Source: Leptospira biflexa
GTDB lineage: Bacteria; Spirochaetota; Leptospiria; Turneriellales; DYLW01
Length of the DNA: 64,000 nt
NCBI GenBank assembly: GCA_020721865.1
Contig: DYLW01000006.1
Location: 22,416-86,415 of the forward strand
Direction of reading: 5' to 3'
In this document: one piece after another, positions 19,620-28,912 of the stretch
Numbering within the stretch: the stretch's first letter is position 1
How the letters are laid out: each line of letters begins with the position of its first letter
Made by a program: the position numbers and the translations under genes
The notes under the pieces: model-generated
Told to the model about the DNA's origin: nothing
Databases searched by the model: none
The model's input: only the letters and a program-made list of their open reading frames with translations

Positions 19620-20990
19620 ATGTTTTTTAGAATTCGAAGATTACTATCGAGAAGTGCATCCAATCCGGATAAAATACTCAAATATCCCAATGGAAAGCGT
19701 TATTATCCGGATTTTCATCCCGTAAGGAAAAGCTATATCGACCCGGATGCCATAAAAGTTATTTCCCGCCTGTCCCAGTTTGGTTATAAATCTTATCTGG
19801 TTGGTGGCGGGGTGAGGGATTTAGTACTGGGGAGAATGCCCAAGGACTTTGATATCGTGACATCCGCCCGTCCCAAAGAGATAAAAAAACTTTTTGGCAA
19901 TAGCCGGCTGATTGGAAAACGCTTCCGGATTGTCCATATTGTGTTCAAAGGAAATAAGATCATTGAGGTTTCCACCGCCCGTGCAATGCCTAATAGCCGG
20001 GATAGTGCGAAAGAACCGGATGATCTTATGGTGGAAAAGGATAACCAGTACGGTACTTTCAAGGAAGACGCAGCACGCCGGGATTTCACCATCAATTCCC
20101 TTTTCTTTGATGTCCGAAATGAGACCATTATTGATTATACCGGCGGCTATGAGGATTTGATGAATAAGATTATCCGGGTAATTGGGGACGAGAATATTTC
20201 TCTTCCAGAAGATCCGGTGCGTATGTTGCGGGCGGTGAAATTTGCCAGTCTTCTGGACTTTGAGATTGATCCCAGGCTCCAGAAGGGCATATCCAAATAC
20301 AAGAAATATATCCAGAAATCTTCCATCTCCCGGTTGCATGAGGAATTTAATAAAATATTCCGGACAGGGCAAACAATGAAAATTATGGAATCAATGGTTC
20401 ATAGCGGTCTTTTCCAGGCTCTGTTCCCCAAAATATCTGCGATAGCGGAAAAAAATAACCGTAATTTCAGGGATAAATTCGCAGATTCTTATTTGGGAAA
20501 ACGACTTTCCATTGCGGACCGGATGATTTCCGAACATGAGGATTTGAATACCACCATTTACTATACCATTATGGCGTCTGAATGTGTATCCCGGATTAAA
20601 TTTCCCCATCCTGTTTCCAAAGATATTCCGCATGAAATGGAAGAAGAAAATGTTGAAGTTCTGAGAAAAGAGCTGCATGAATTTGATCAGGAAACTGGAT
20701 TAACCAAGAAAGAAATGGATAGATTGGTGAATATTTATATGAGCCAGCCGGTTTTTTCTGAGGAAGTGAATGAGCAAAAAGGCTGGGTACGGGAATTCAG
20801 AAAGAAAGAATATTTTCAGGAAGCATTTATCTTCTATAAAATTGATTCACAAGCAAACAACGACAACGAAGCCATCCAAAAATCACTTTTCTGGGAAATT
20901 GGGCTCCGCAAAAAACTGGATGATTCCATCCGCAAAGTGAACCATCGGCCGGTTAAAAACAGGGATCAGTTTCAGAAGCCTAAGCGATAG
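19620..20990 (+). CDS. pcnB: poly(A) polymerase I-like nucleotidyltransferase
   Basis: 456 aa. YLVGGGVRDLVLGRMPKDFDIVT and SRLIGKRFRIVHIVFKGNKIIEVSTAR parallel the E. coli PcnB core (RLVGRRFRLAHV...EVATFR). Confidence 0.85.
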   Translation: MFFRIRRLLSRSASNPDKILKYPNGKRYYPDFHPVRKSYIDPDAIKVISRLSQFGYKSYLVGGGVRDLVLGRMPKDFDIVTSARPKEIKKLFGNSRLIGKRFRIVHIVFKGNKIIEVSTARAMPNSRDSAKEPDDLMVEKDNQYGTFKEDAARRDFTINSLFFDVRNETIIDYTGGYEDLMNKIIRVIGDENISLPEDPVRMLRAVKFASLLDFEIDPRLQKGISKYKKYIQKSSISRLHEEFNKIFRTGQTMKIMESMVHSGLFQALFPKISAIAEKNNRNFRDKFADSYLGKRLSIADRMISEHEDLNTTIYYTIMASECVSRIKFPHPVSKDIPHEMEEENVEVLRKELHEFDQETGLTKKEMDRLVNIYMSQPVFSEEVNEQKGWVREFRKKEYFQEAFIFYKIDSQANNDNEAIQKSLFWEIGLRKKLDDSIRKVNHRPVKNRDQFQKPKR

Positions 20991-21306
20991 CACTTTCCAA
21001 ATTATTAAAAAATTTCAGAGCGGTGTCAAAGCCCACTAGGGAAAACACTTTTTTTACATCGCTCTGGATTTTCAGGATACGCAGATCACCGGATGCTCCG
21101 GTTGTGTCACTGAGTGCTTTCATAATGGCTCCAATACCTGCAGAAGAAACAAAGGGAACTTTTTCCATGTCCAGAATAATCCAGACGTCTCCATTGGATA
21201 CGGCCTTGTCCAGATATTCCGTGAGCTTTCCGGAAGTGGTGGAGTCCAGCTTTCCGTCCAGGGAAAAAACCACAAAGGAGCCGGCTTTGGATACTTTGAT
21301 GTTCAT
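20980..21306 (-). CDS. STAS-domain anti-sigma-factor antagonist
   Basis: 108 aa. It has the SpoIIAA/RsbV-like layout with the phosphorylatable-Ser region MEKVPFVSSAGIGAIM. Its 3' end overlaps the pcnB 3' end by 11 nt. Confidence 0.85.
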   Translation of the reverse strand: MNIKVSKAGSFVVFSLDGKLDSTTSGKLTEYLDKAVSNGDVWIILDMEKVPFVSSAGIGAIMKALSDTTGASGDLRILKIQSDVKKVFSLVGFDTALKFFNNLESAIA

Positions 21307-21420
21307 AATGTAGCCAGAGGATTATTATTTTACAAAATGGCAAGAAGATTCCGAATTTTTTAGATAACAAATGGTTAAACTTATTCCTTGACGGGATAAT
21401 TCAATTTTACATCCTGACTT

Positions 21421-21735
21421 ATGATCGCGGTTGTGGAAATTGGTGGCAAACAAGTAAAATTGTCTCCAAATCAAATTTTTTATTCAGAGCTCACCGGAAA
21501 AGAAGCCGGCGAAGAATTCGCCATGGAGAAAGTCCTTTTACTGGAAGATGGGGAAAAGGTTCTCATCGGTCGTCCATTTCTGACAGAGGTAACAGTAAAG
21601 GCAAAGATTCTGGAAGATGTGAAGGGACCCAAAATAACAGGATTTATCTATAAGAAACGTAAAAATTACCATAAGAAATGGGGACACCGACAAAATTACC
21701 AGAAGCTGCAGGTCACCTCTATAGCTGCTAAGTGA
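21421..21735 (+). CDS. rplU: 50S ribosomal protein L21
   Basis: MIAVVEIGGKQVKLSPNQ...KGPKITGFIYKKRKNYHKKWGHRQNYQKLQV is the L21 signature. Confidence 0.95.
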   Translation: MIAVVEIGGKQVKLSPNQIFYSELTGKEAGEEFAMEKVLLLEDGEKVLIGRPFLTEVTVKAKILEDVKGPKITGFIYKKRKNYHKKWGHRQNYQKLQVTSIAAK

Positions 21736-21742
21736 GGTTTTC

Positions 21743-23962
21743 ATGAGTAGATGGCGGTGGATTGTCCTTGGGCCATTTATTCTGGGTGTTTTTGCCGTCC
21801 TTTACTTTGCTGTCGTTTTTTTCCAATGGGAGAACCAACAGGATAAAGTTTTAAAGAAGCTGGTGGATTACAAAACCCAGCTGGATATTATGCGTTCCCC
21901 CATCAATGCCGGGGAAGCGTCCAGCTCTGTGGATATTGGGGGAGTGGCCATTCCCTCCCGGGTGTATGACAGAAATGGCATACTCATCGGAGAGTATTAT
22001 TCGGAAAGAAGGGAATTGATTAACCTGGAAAAGCTTCCGGAGTGGATTCCCAAAACCCTGATTGCGAACGAAGACCGGAGTTTTTATAAACACCATGGAT
22101 TGGACTATGGTGCAATAGTACGGGCATTTTTTGCAAATATAATTACTTTTGGTATTTCCCAGGGTGGATCCACCATCACCCAGCAGCTTTCCAAGGTTTT
22201 GTTCACTACCCAGGAAAAAACAATCCAGCGGAAAATATTTGAGGTGTTCTGTTCCAGGGCCATTGAGGATAATTATACAAAAAAAGAGATTCTGGAAATG
22301 TACCTGAATCTCATTTACTTTGGCCATGGAAATTATGGTATTGAATCCGCTTCCCGTTATTATTTCAACAAAAGTGCGGCAGAGTTGGACATGGGGGAAA
22401 GTGCCATGATGATTGGGATCATCCCCAGCCCCAACCGATATTCTCCCATAAATAATTTAAAAATGGCCATGGAAAGACAGGAGCTGGCTTTGGGTTCTCT
22501 GGTAGAGACCGGAGCCATTACAGAAAAGAATAAAAAATCCGCCATCGACCTCTTTAAACGGAACTGGGGAGTCAAGGACATGAAAGGATCAAAAGTCTCC
22601 AAAATTGGGGATTTCCCGGATATGGAATACAGAAACAATCCCGCCCCGTATTTCATGGATTATATCCAGCAGAAGCTTCTGAAAAAATTCAGTAATGAAG
22701 AAATACTTAAAGGTGGTCTTCGGGTTTATACCACCCTGGATTTGAAAAAACAAAAAGCTGCTGCCGCTGTCATGAGGCTAACCATGGAAAATCAGAAAAA
22801 GCATTATGACAGTCTGATCAAATATGCCGCAAAAAAAGGTAACAAAAACCAAGTGGCGGAATTGACCCTGGCAAAAGAGAAAACGAACGGAGCGTTGGTG
22901 TCCATTGAACCGGGAACTGGTTATATTCTGGCCATGGTGGGTGGATTTGAATTCACCAGTAAAAATCAGTTCAACCGGGCGGTTCTGGCAAAAAGGCAGA
23001 TTGGTTCTGTCATGAAACCTCTGGTATACTATACCGCTATCAGCCAGAAACAGGTGACCCCGGCCACTATTCTGGATGATTCCAAATTGACTATTGGTAA
23101 AAAGACCTACGATAATTATGACTATCAGTATCTGGGAAAAATTACGGCTCGCAGAGCTCTCCAGATGAGCCGCAACATACCTGCTATCCGGGTTCTGCAA
23201 ATGGCCGGAATTGATGAATTGCGCACAGTAATCTCGGATTCGCTGGACGCACCGTATTCAGAGATCAAAGAGCGGGTTCCCTACGAGCTGGGGGTGGCCA
23301 TTGGCACTCCGGTGTTTACCCCCATGGAGATTGCACAGATATATTCCACCATAACCAACCAGGGGAAAAGAATTGCTCCCCGGGACATTCTGCGAATAGA
23401 AAATGCACAGGGAAAAATTTTATGGGAAGAAGATGCCAATGTTGCGTCTGTCCCGGTACTGGATCCGGTAGCTTCTTACATTACCGTGAGCATGCTCCAG
23501 GGGGTTTTTGAGTCCGATGGATCTGCCGGTTGGGTGGAACCTCTGCGGAAAAAAGATCCCAATTATCTGCCTTATGAGGTTGCGGGTAAAACAGGAACCA
23601 CCTCGGATTGGAAAGACGCCTGGTTTGTGGGAATTGTCTCGGATGAAGTTACCGCCATCTGGTTGGGGAATGATACGAGCACCACTCTGGGACGGGGACG
23701 TACCGGAGGCAGTCTTTGTGCACCGGCTTGGGTGAATTATATCCGGGCTGCCCGCAAAAATGATCCTCCCGCTCCTTTCCTGGAGAACTGGCCATTGGAA
23801 GATGTCACCAGAGAGAATTTCTGTGAGGATTCCGGCGGAGTTCCCCGGGATGAAACCAGTTGTGATAAAATAATCCAAAACCAGGTATTCTTTGCGGGCA
23901 CAGAACCCCGTACCTATGCCCCTTCCCGGGAAGTCCCCCGGGAAGAATTGAAGCTGGAATAA
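21743..23962 (+). CDS. mrcA: class A penicillin-binding protein (PBP1A-type glycosyltransferase/transpeptidase)
   Basis: 739 aa with an N-terminal TM. GT51 motifs are EDRSFYKHHG and GGSTITQQL...RKIFE. Transpeptidase motifs are SVMKP (SxxK) and KTGTT. Confidence 0.9.
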   Translation: MSRWRWIVLGPFILGVFAVLYFAVVFFQWENQQDKVLKKLVDYKTQLDIMRSPINAGEASSSVDIGGVAIPSRVYDRNGILIGEYYSERRELINLEKLPEWIPKTLIANEDRSFYKHHGLDYGAIVRAFFANIITFGISQGGSTITQQLSKVLFTTQEKTIQRKIFEVFCSRAIEDNYTKKEILEMYLNLIYFGHGNYGIESASRYYFNKSAAELDMGESAMMIGIIPSPNRYSPINNLKMAMERQELALGSLVETGAITEKNKKSAIDLFKRNWGVKDMKGSKVSKIGDFPDMEYRNNPAPYFMDYIQQKLLKKFSNEEILKGGLRVYTTLDLKKQKAAAAVMRLTMENQKKHYDSLIKYAAKKGNKNQVAELTLAKEKTNGALVSIEPGTGYILAMVGGFEFTSKNQFNRAVLAKRQIGSVMKPLVYYTAISQKQVTPATILDDSKLTIGKKTYDNYDYQYLGKITARRALQMSRNIPAIRVLQMAGIDELRTVISDSLDAPYSEIKERVPYELGVAIGTPVFTPMEIAQIYSTITNQGKRIAPRDILRIENAQGKILWEEDANVASVPVLDPVASYITVSMLQGVFESDGSAGWVEPLRKKDPNYLPYEVAGKTGTTSDWKDAWFVGIVSDEVTAIWLGNDTSTTLGRGRTGGSLCAPAWVNYIRAARKNDPPAPFLENWPLEDVTRENFCEDSGGVPRDETSCDKIIQNQVFFAGTEPRTYAPSREVPREELKLE

Positions 23963-24018
23963 TCAAAAAACCGGGTTTATGGCACCGGCAGAATTTCCGC
24001 TTTCCACGGATTTTCAGG

Positions 24019-24046
24019 TTGACACGGATCAAAAGCGGAATAAAAT
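24019..24046 (+). promoter_or_regulatory. sigma70-like promoter candidate (TTGACA-16-TAAAAT) placed for a leaderless transcript
   Basis: TTGACA at 24019-24024, a 16-nt spacer, and TAAAAT at 24041-24046. The A of the ATG at 24053 is 7 nt after the -10, and there is no SD in between. Confidence 0.45.
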
Positions 24047-24052
24047 GGCTTC

Positions 24053-25021
24053 ATGAAACAACGTATTTTTAGAATTACTCTCCTTATTTCCGTTCCAGTA
24101 TTTATACTGTATCTGATTTTTCTGGGTTTTTTTATCCACTCCGTGGAATATTTTAAACCCCGGACTTATGAAGAGGTCTTTAAAGATCCGGAATTGCTGG
24201 AACATTATGCCATTGGGAAAAAAAGAAATCCCGGAGATTATGGATACCGGTATGAAAATGTGACTTTCCCATCTCTGAAAGAGGATATACGGCTGCATGC
24301 CTGGTTTGCCCCTGCCCAAAAAAAATCCCATAAGGCCATTATCATGGTTCACGGGCGGGGAGCAAACCGATTGAAACCAATGAAATATCTGGAGTTGTTC
24401 CGGAAGGGTGGGGTGGATAAAGAATATAATGTATTTATGCCGGATTTAAGAAATTCAGGAATTTCCCCACAAGCCCGTTCCGTAATGGGGAAAAAATTCG
24501 CAGAAGATATTCTGGGTGGCATGAAATTCATGAAAAAAAATTATGGCGTTGACACTTTTGTATTGTATAGTTTTTCCATGGGAGCAATGGCCACCATGTA
24601 TCTTCCCGGAATGCCGGAATTCAGGGAAATGGAAAAATCGGATGGAATCAGAATAGAAAAAATAATAATGGACAGCCCCATGGTGAACGCACAGAAATCT
24701 TTGCTGTATACATCCGGAAATGCCGGATATCCGTTATGGATTATTCATGCGGCTCTCTGGGGATACAATCTTTATGTGGACGGAAGCATGGAAGATCTGG
24801 CTCTTTCCCGGCTTTTATTAAATGTTAAAAGTCCCGTTATGATTCTCCAGGGGGAGAAGGATGAACAGACCCCTGCAAATTTTCTCAGGGAAGAAATTGA
24901 CCTGCTCCATGGAAAGAAAATACAGGTTCACTTTTTTGCGGAGGGGGAGCATGTTTACCTGTATCCTCATCCAGCACACCGGGCGGAGTATGAGAAAAGG
25001 GTCTTATCTTTTTTAAAATAG
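24053..25021 (+). CDS. membrane-anchored alpha/beta hydrolase
   Basis: 322 aa with an N-terminal TM. MVHGRGANR (oxyanion region) and the nucleophile-elbow-like YSFSMGA are present, with a C-terminal acid/His region (GEKDEQ...EGEHV). Confidence 0.8.
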   Translation: MKQRIFRITLLISVPVFILYLIFLGFFIHSVEYFKPRTYEEVFKDPELLEHYAIGKKRNPGDYGYRYENVTFPSLKEDIRLHAWFAPAQKKSHKAIIMVHGRGANRLKPMKYLELFRKGGVDKEYNVFMPDLRNSGISPQARSVMGKKFAEDILGGMKFMKKNYGVDTFVLYSFSMGAMATMYLPGMPEFREMEKSDGIRIEKIIMDSPMVNAQKSLLYTSGNAGYPLWIIHAALWGYNLYVDGSMEDLALSRLLLNVKSPVMILQGEKDEQTPANFLREEIDLLHGKKIQVHFFAEGEHVYLYPHPAHRAEYEKRVLSFLK

Positions 25022-25023
25022 GG

Positions 25024-25317
25024 TTATTCTTCCGGGGACGATGAAGGCTCATCCTCTGTGGCGGTGGGGATTTTCTCTTCATATTTTCCTTCTGCACGGG
25101 ACATCAGGGCCTCCGGACGGATGGCCGATAAAAATGTATAGGAGCTTTCCGTGAGGATCATGCTGCGCAGTTTTCTGCCCATGGTGCAGTCCACTAAGGT
25201 ATTCTCTTCTTTTGCTTTTTCCCGGATTCTTTTTGCAATAGCGGAATCCGGAGTTATAATGGAGACAATCTTATCTACGCTTACGGCGTTGGAAAAACCA
25301 ATATGGAGTAATTTCAT
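25024..25317 (-). CDS. remA: RemA/DUF370-family regulator
   Basis: MKLLHIGFSNAVSVDKIVSIITPDSAIAKRIREKAKEENTLVDCTMGRKLRSMILTESSYTFLSAIRPE matches the RemA pattern. It lies downstream of yicC as in many genomes. Confidence 0.85.
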   Translation of the reverse strand: MKLLHIGFSNAVSVDKIVSIITPDSAIAKRIREKAKEENTLVDCTMGRKLRSMILTESSYTFLSAIRPEALMSRAEGKYEEKIPTATEDEPSSSPEE

Positions 25318-26216
25318 TCAATGTTCCTTAACTGCTCTCTGATTTCTTCGATGGATGTTTTCATATATATCGCATTTCTGTTCATGTCAATGTTTCTGGT
25401 TTTGGACGCGACAGTATTCACTTCTCGGAGAATTTCCTGAAAAAAGAATTCCAAAATTTTCCCCTGAGGCTCCTTCATGTCCACCTTCTGTGTTGCTTCG
25501 TTTATATGTATATGAATCCGGTCAATTTCTTCTGTTGCATCGCTCTGGATAAAATATCGGAAATCATCTCTGGCAATATTCCAGAGGAGATGTAGAAAAT
25601 CAGAAGGATTAGTATTCAGCCTTTTCTCCAGAAGCTCTTTATTGGATTCAATTAAGTACCTTAGTTTTTCAGAAAAAACAGTTTCCTGTTCTTTCAAATC
25701 TCTTTTCTGGATTATGGAGTTTTTTTTATTATATCTGGATATATCCCGTATTTTCCGGATCAGAATAGACCGAATTTTCTTGCCTTCTTTGAGCCGGGTT
25801 CTTTTTAACCTGGCCATAGCACGAAGGTAATAGAATTCAAATTTCTGAAGGTATTGTGGCCAGGATATGTTTTTTGCTTCAAATATATCAGGAAGCTGTA
25901 CCAGAACTTCCATGGGGATATTTACTTTTTTTCTGTTATAAAGATTCTGAAAAATCTGCTCATAGCTGTTTAAGAGCGGTAGATTGATGACATTCTGGGA
26001 AGGCTGGGTGGATTCCACATCCAGAAATATGTCCACTTTCCCCCTGTTAATTCTTTTCTTGATCAACTCATCGGCCCTGACCTCAAACCATCGGAAATTA
26101 TCAGGGAAGTGGTAGCTAATCTCAAAATATTTTGAGTTCAGGCTTTTCAGGTAAAAAGAAAACTTAAACCCTTCAATGGTGAAGTGCGATTCACCATAGC
26201 CTGTCATACTCTCCAT
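25314..26216 (-). CDS. yicC: YicC-family stress-induced protein
   Basis: 300 aa. It has the SMTGYG N-terminus and the C-terminal EILREVNTVASK / EEIREQLRNIE typical of YicC. 4-nt overlap with remA. Confidence 0.9.
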   Translation of the reverse strand: MESMTGYGESHFTIEGFKFSFYLKSLNSKYFEISYHFPDNFRWFEVRADELIKKRINRGKVDIFLDVESTQPSQNVINLPLLNSYEQIFQNLYNRKKVNIPMEVLVQLPDIFEAKNISWPQYLQKFEFYYLRAMARLKRTRLKEGKKIRSILIRKIRDISRYNKKNSIIQKRDLKEQETVFSEKLRYLIESNKELLEKRLNTNPSDFLHLLWNIARDDFRYFIQSDATEEIDRIHIHINEATQKVDMKEPQGKILEFFFQEILREVNTVASKTRNIDMNRNAIYMKTSIEEIREQLRNIE

Positions 26217-26230
26217 GGATGATCGGTTTC

Positions 26231-26398
26231 CTATGCAAGTTTATCCAGAAGAGCATGACTGGATCCACGGTTGGCACTTTCGTTAACGTTTTCTTCCCGT
26301 TCCCGTATCCTTGAAGGTCCTGACGTTACTAACTGGTAAAAACTCCTTACCTCCTCGGCACTGATAACGGAAGGAAACATTTCGCTGATAGATTCCAT
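26231..26398 (-). CDS. candidate small protein (55 aa), below the ORF-track cutoff
   Basis: Hand translation gives MESISEMFPSVISAEEVRSFYQLVTSGPSRIREREENVNESANRGSSHALLDKLA. A strong SD AAGGAGGA lies 5 nt upstream of ATG 26398. The ORF ends 14 nt before the yicC ATG. Confidence 0.35.
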   Translation of the reverse strand: MESISEMFPSVISAEEVRSFYQLVTSGPSRIREREENVNESANRGSSHALLDKLA

Positions 26399-26457
26399 AT
26401 TTTCCTCCTTACTCCGAATATCGGATTAAACTGAAATCACTTAACAAAAATAATTAT

Positions 26458-28821
26458 TTACTGTCTGTTTTTTATTATTTTTTCTATGAGATCCCGGCGG
26501 TTCACCGGTTTAATAATAAAATCCTGAAATCCTTTGCTTTTTAAGTCTTCCAGCATGGATGGCTCGGAATGCGAGGTCAGAAGGATGATGGGAATACTTT
26601 TGGATTTTTTTATTTCCATCATGGTGTCCAAACCGTTTTTTAACGGCATTTCGTAATCCAGAATAGCCATATCCACTGGATTTTCCATGGCCAGTCTTAC
26701 CGCTTCTGCCCCATCCTTTGCTCGGAGAAGATCGTGGATATGACGTCTCAGAATCAGGTTCACCAGATTAAACGAATCATCATCATCGTCGGCATAGAGA
26801 ATGGTAAGATCCCCTATGTTTCCCACTTTTCCCATGGGATTGAATGATTCTGGGTTTTCTTCCTCCAAATGAAAATCACTGGGGGATAAAGGTATGGAAA
26901 AAGTGAAAACCGTCCCTTTGTTCAGTTCGCTCTTGACAAAAATTTCACCTTTATTTTTTTCCACAAATTCCTTACATAAAATCAATCCAAGGCTTGTACC
27001 CGTTTCTCCGCTGGTGCCCCGCCGCGAGTAATGCCGGTCAATTCGAAAAAGGAGAGGAATATCTTTTTCCGGTATGCCAATTCCGTTATCTTCCACGTCC
27101 ACATAACAGAATGCGGTGTCCCTCCGGATCCGTATCCGGATTTCTCCGCTCTGATTGGTGAATTTAATGGCATTGGAGATCAGATTGCGGATTACTGTGC
27201 GGAGCATATTAACATCCCCAAAAACGGAGGGATTTTCATCGGATGAAATTTTTATGGTAATATTTTTTCTTTCTGCTACCCCGGTATGCGGCTCCAGAGC
27301 CTCTTCCACAAGCCTTTGAATGGAAAAATTCTGAGGTTTGTAATCTATTGAAGAGGTTTGGCTTATGGCCCACTCCAGCAGGTTCTGGAGGAGGTTAAAG
27401 GCCGATCTGGACGATCGGTTCAGGCTTTTTACGGTATTGAATATCTGGTCTTTATCCAGTTCATGAAAATCCTGGAGGATGACATCAGAAAGACCAATCA
27501 GCGAATTAAACGGGTTCTTCAAATCATGGGCAATGATGGAGAAAAACTTGTCTTTGGAGGCATTCAGCTCCATTAATTTTTTTTCATTTTCCCTTAGTCG
27601 TATCTCTGCATTTTTTATCTGGGTTATATCTAGAATAGTCCCGATGATTCCTCCAATGGATCCGTCTTCCATCATGTACGCAGCCCGGTTATAAATCACA
27701 TAAAGTTCATTTTTTTTCCCATCAATGAGTTTTGTCTCAAAAGTCTGCGTATTTCCGTTTCTGAGAATTTCTGTTTCCTTCAGGGCCTGTTCTTCATTGA
27801 ATTCTTTGGGAAAAATATCAAGACAGGAATTTCCAATAATATCGGTTTTACGGCGACCCACAAGATCCGCAAAGGCAGTGTTACAGCCAATAAATTTCCC
27901 TTCCTTATTTTTATAATAAACCGGGGTGGGAATGGTTTCAATGAGTACTTGAAGGAAATAAAGATAATTATTAAATGCATCCTGTATTTTATTTTTCTGG
28001 GTAACATCCTCAATTAGTATAATGATATACTCCAGAATTTCCTCTTCATTTCTGTACGCGATGGATTTGGTGTGACAGTCAATAATATCTTTGTTTGACT
28101 TTGTGAATTGTCTCTCAATCTCATAATAATCTATCTGGGCAGACACCAGCTTATCCCAGTATCTCTGGTCTTTTCCCCGGTCGGATATGGCAATAAACTG
28201 ATTGATATTTGAATTCAGCATGTCCTTTTCCGTAAATCCAAGGATTTCCTGAACAGCAGGATTGGCATATTGTATAGTGAATTGTGTGTCGATGAAAATG
28301 ATCCCGATTTCTGCATTGTTAAAAATGCTCTGCATTTTCCGTTTGGTGGCCTGGAGCAGGTTTTCCGATGTTTCCCGTAGTTTTATTTCTTTTTTAAGCC
28401 GATTATTCTGCTCCTCCAATTGCCGCCGCATCATGAAAACATTGATCTGGGTGGCAACGCGGGCAAGAATTTCATCCTTATGGAAAGGTTTTTCAATATA
28501 ATCAACGCCTCCGTGTTCAAATGCCTTCACTTTATTCTGGAAATCTTTCAAGGCACTTAAATAGATAACAGGGATATCCGGGTGGACTTTTTTTATGTTA
28601 TCTACGGTCTCGTACCCATCCATTTCTGGCATCATAATATCCATGATGATCAAATCTGGAATTTTTTGCTCCAGAAAAGCAAGAGCTTTTACCCCAGAGC
28701 GGGCGACACCTGTTTTATACCCTGCGTCCGAGAGAAATTTTCCCAGAACCTGCAAATTTACCATGTTATCATCCACAATGAGGATCAGTATGTCTCCGGG
28801 GTGGTATATGGTGCGACCCAT
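26458..28821 (-). CDS. hybrid sensor histidine kinase (REC-PAS-PAS-HisKA-HATPase-REC)
   Basis: 787 aa. N-terminal receiver ILIVDDN...DLIIMDIMMPEMDG...KPF, H-box FSIIAHDLKNP, N/G boxes LISNAIKF and DNGIGI, and a C-terminal receiver (ILYADDD...DMAILDYEMP...KPV). Confidence 0.9.
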   Translation of the reverse strand: MGRTIYHPGDILILIVDDNMVNLQVLGKFLSDAGYKTGVARSGVKALAFLEQKIPDLIIMDIMMPEMDGYETVDNIKKVHPDIPVIYLSALKDFQNKVKAFEHGGVDYIEKPFHKDEILARVATQINVFMMRRQLEEQNNRLKKEIKLRETSENLLQATKRKMQSIFNNAEIGIIFIDTQFTIQYANPAVQEILGFTEKDMLNSNINQFIAISDRGKDQRYWDKLVSAQIDYYEIERQFTKSNKDIIDCHTKSIAYRNEEEILEYIIILIEDVTQKNKIQDAFNNYLYFLQVLIETIPTPVYYKNKEGKFIGCNTAFADLVGRRKTDIIGNSCLDIFPKEFNEEQALKETEILRNGNTQTFETKLIDGKKNELYVIYNRAAYMMEDGSIGGIIGTILDITQIKNAEIRLRENEKKLMELNASKDKFFSIIAHDLKNPFNSLIGLSDVILQDFHELDKDQIFNTVKSLNRSSRSAFNLLQNLLEWAISQTSSIDYKPQNFSIQRLVEEALEPHTGVAERKNITIKISSDENPSVFGDVNMLRTVIRNLISNAIKFTNQSGEIRIRIRRDTAFCYVDVEDNGIGIPEKDIPLLFRIDRHYSRRGTSGETGTSLGLILCKEFVEKNKGEIFVKSELNKGTVFTFSIPLSPSDFHLEEENPESFNPMGKVGNIGDLTILYADDDDDSFNLVNLILRRHIHDLLRAKDGAEAVRLAMENPVDMAILDYEMPLKNGLDTMMEIKKSKSIPIILLTSHSEPSMLEDLKSKGFQDFIIKPVNRRDLIEKIIKNRQ

Positions 28822-28912
28822 TGTTCCTTTTCTATTGCTTTCTCCGGGCGTAAAGAAAGTTTCCTGTTGAAAAAAATCTAAAAAAAAAAATATTCTGCCC
28901 GATACATCAAAT

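Noticed and set aside
26272-26290. TGGCAC-N5-TTAAC resembling a sigma54 -24/-12 element.
   Set aside because: The -12 element lacks the GC of the TTGC consensus. It lies on the plus strand inside or antisense to the small-ORF region, and no plus-strand gene follows for 2.6 kb.
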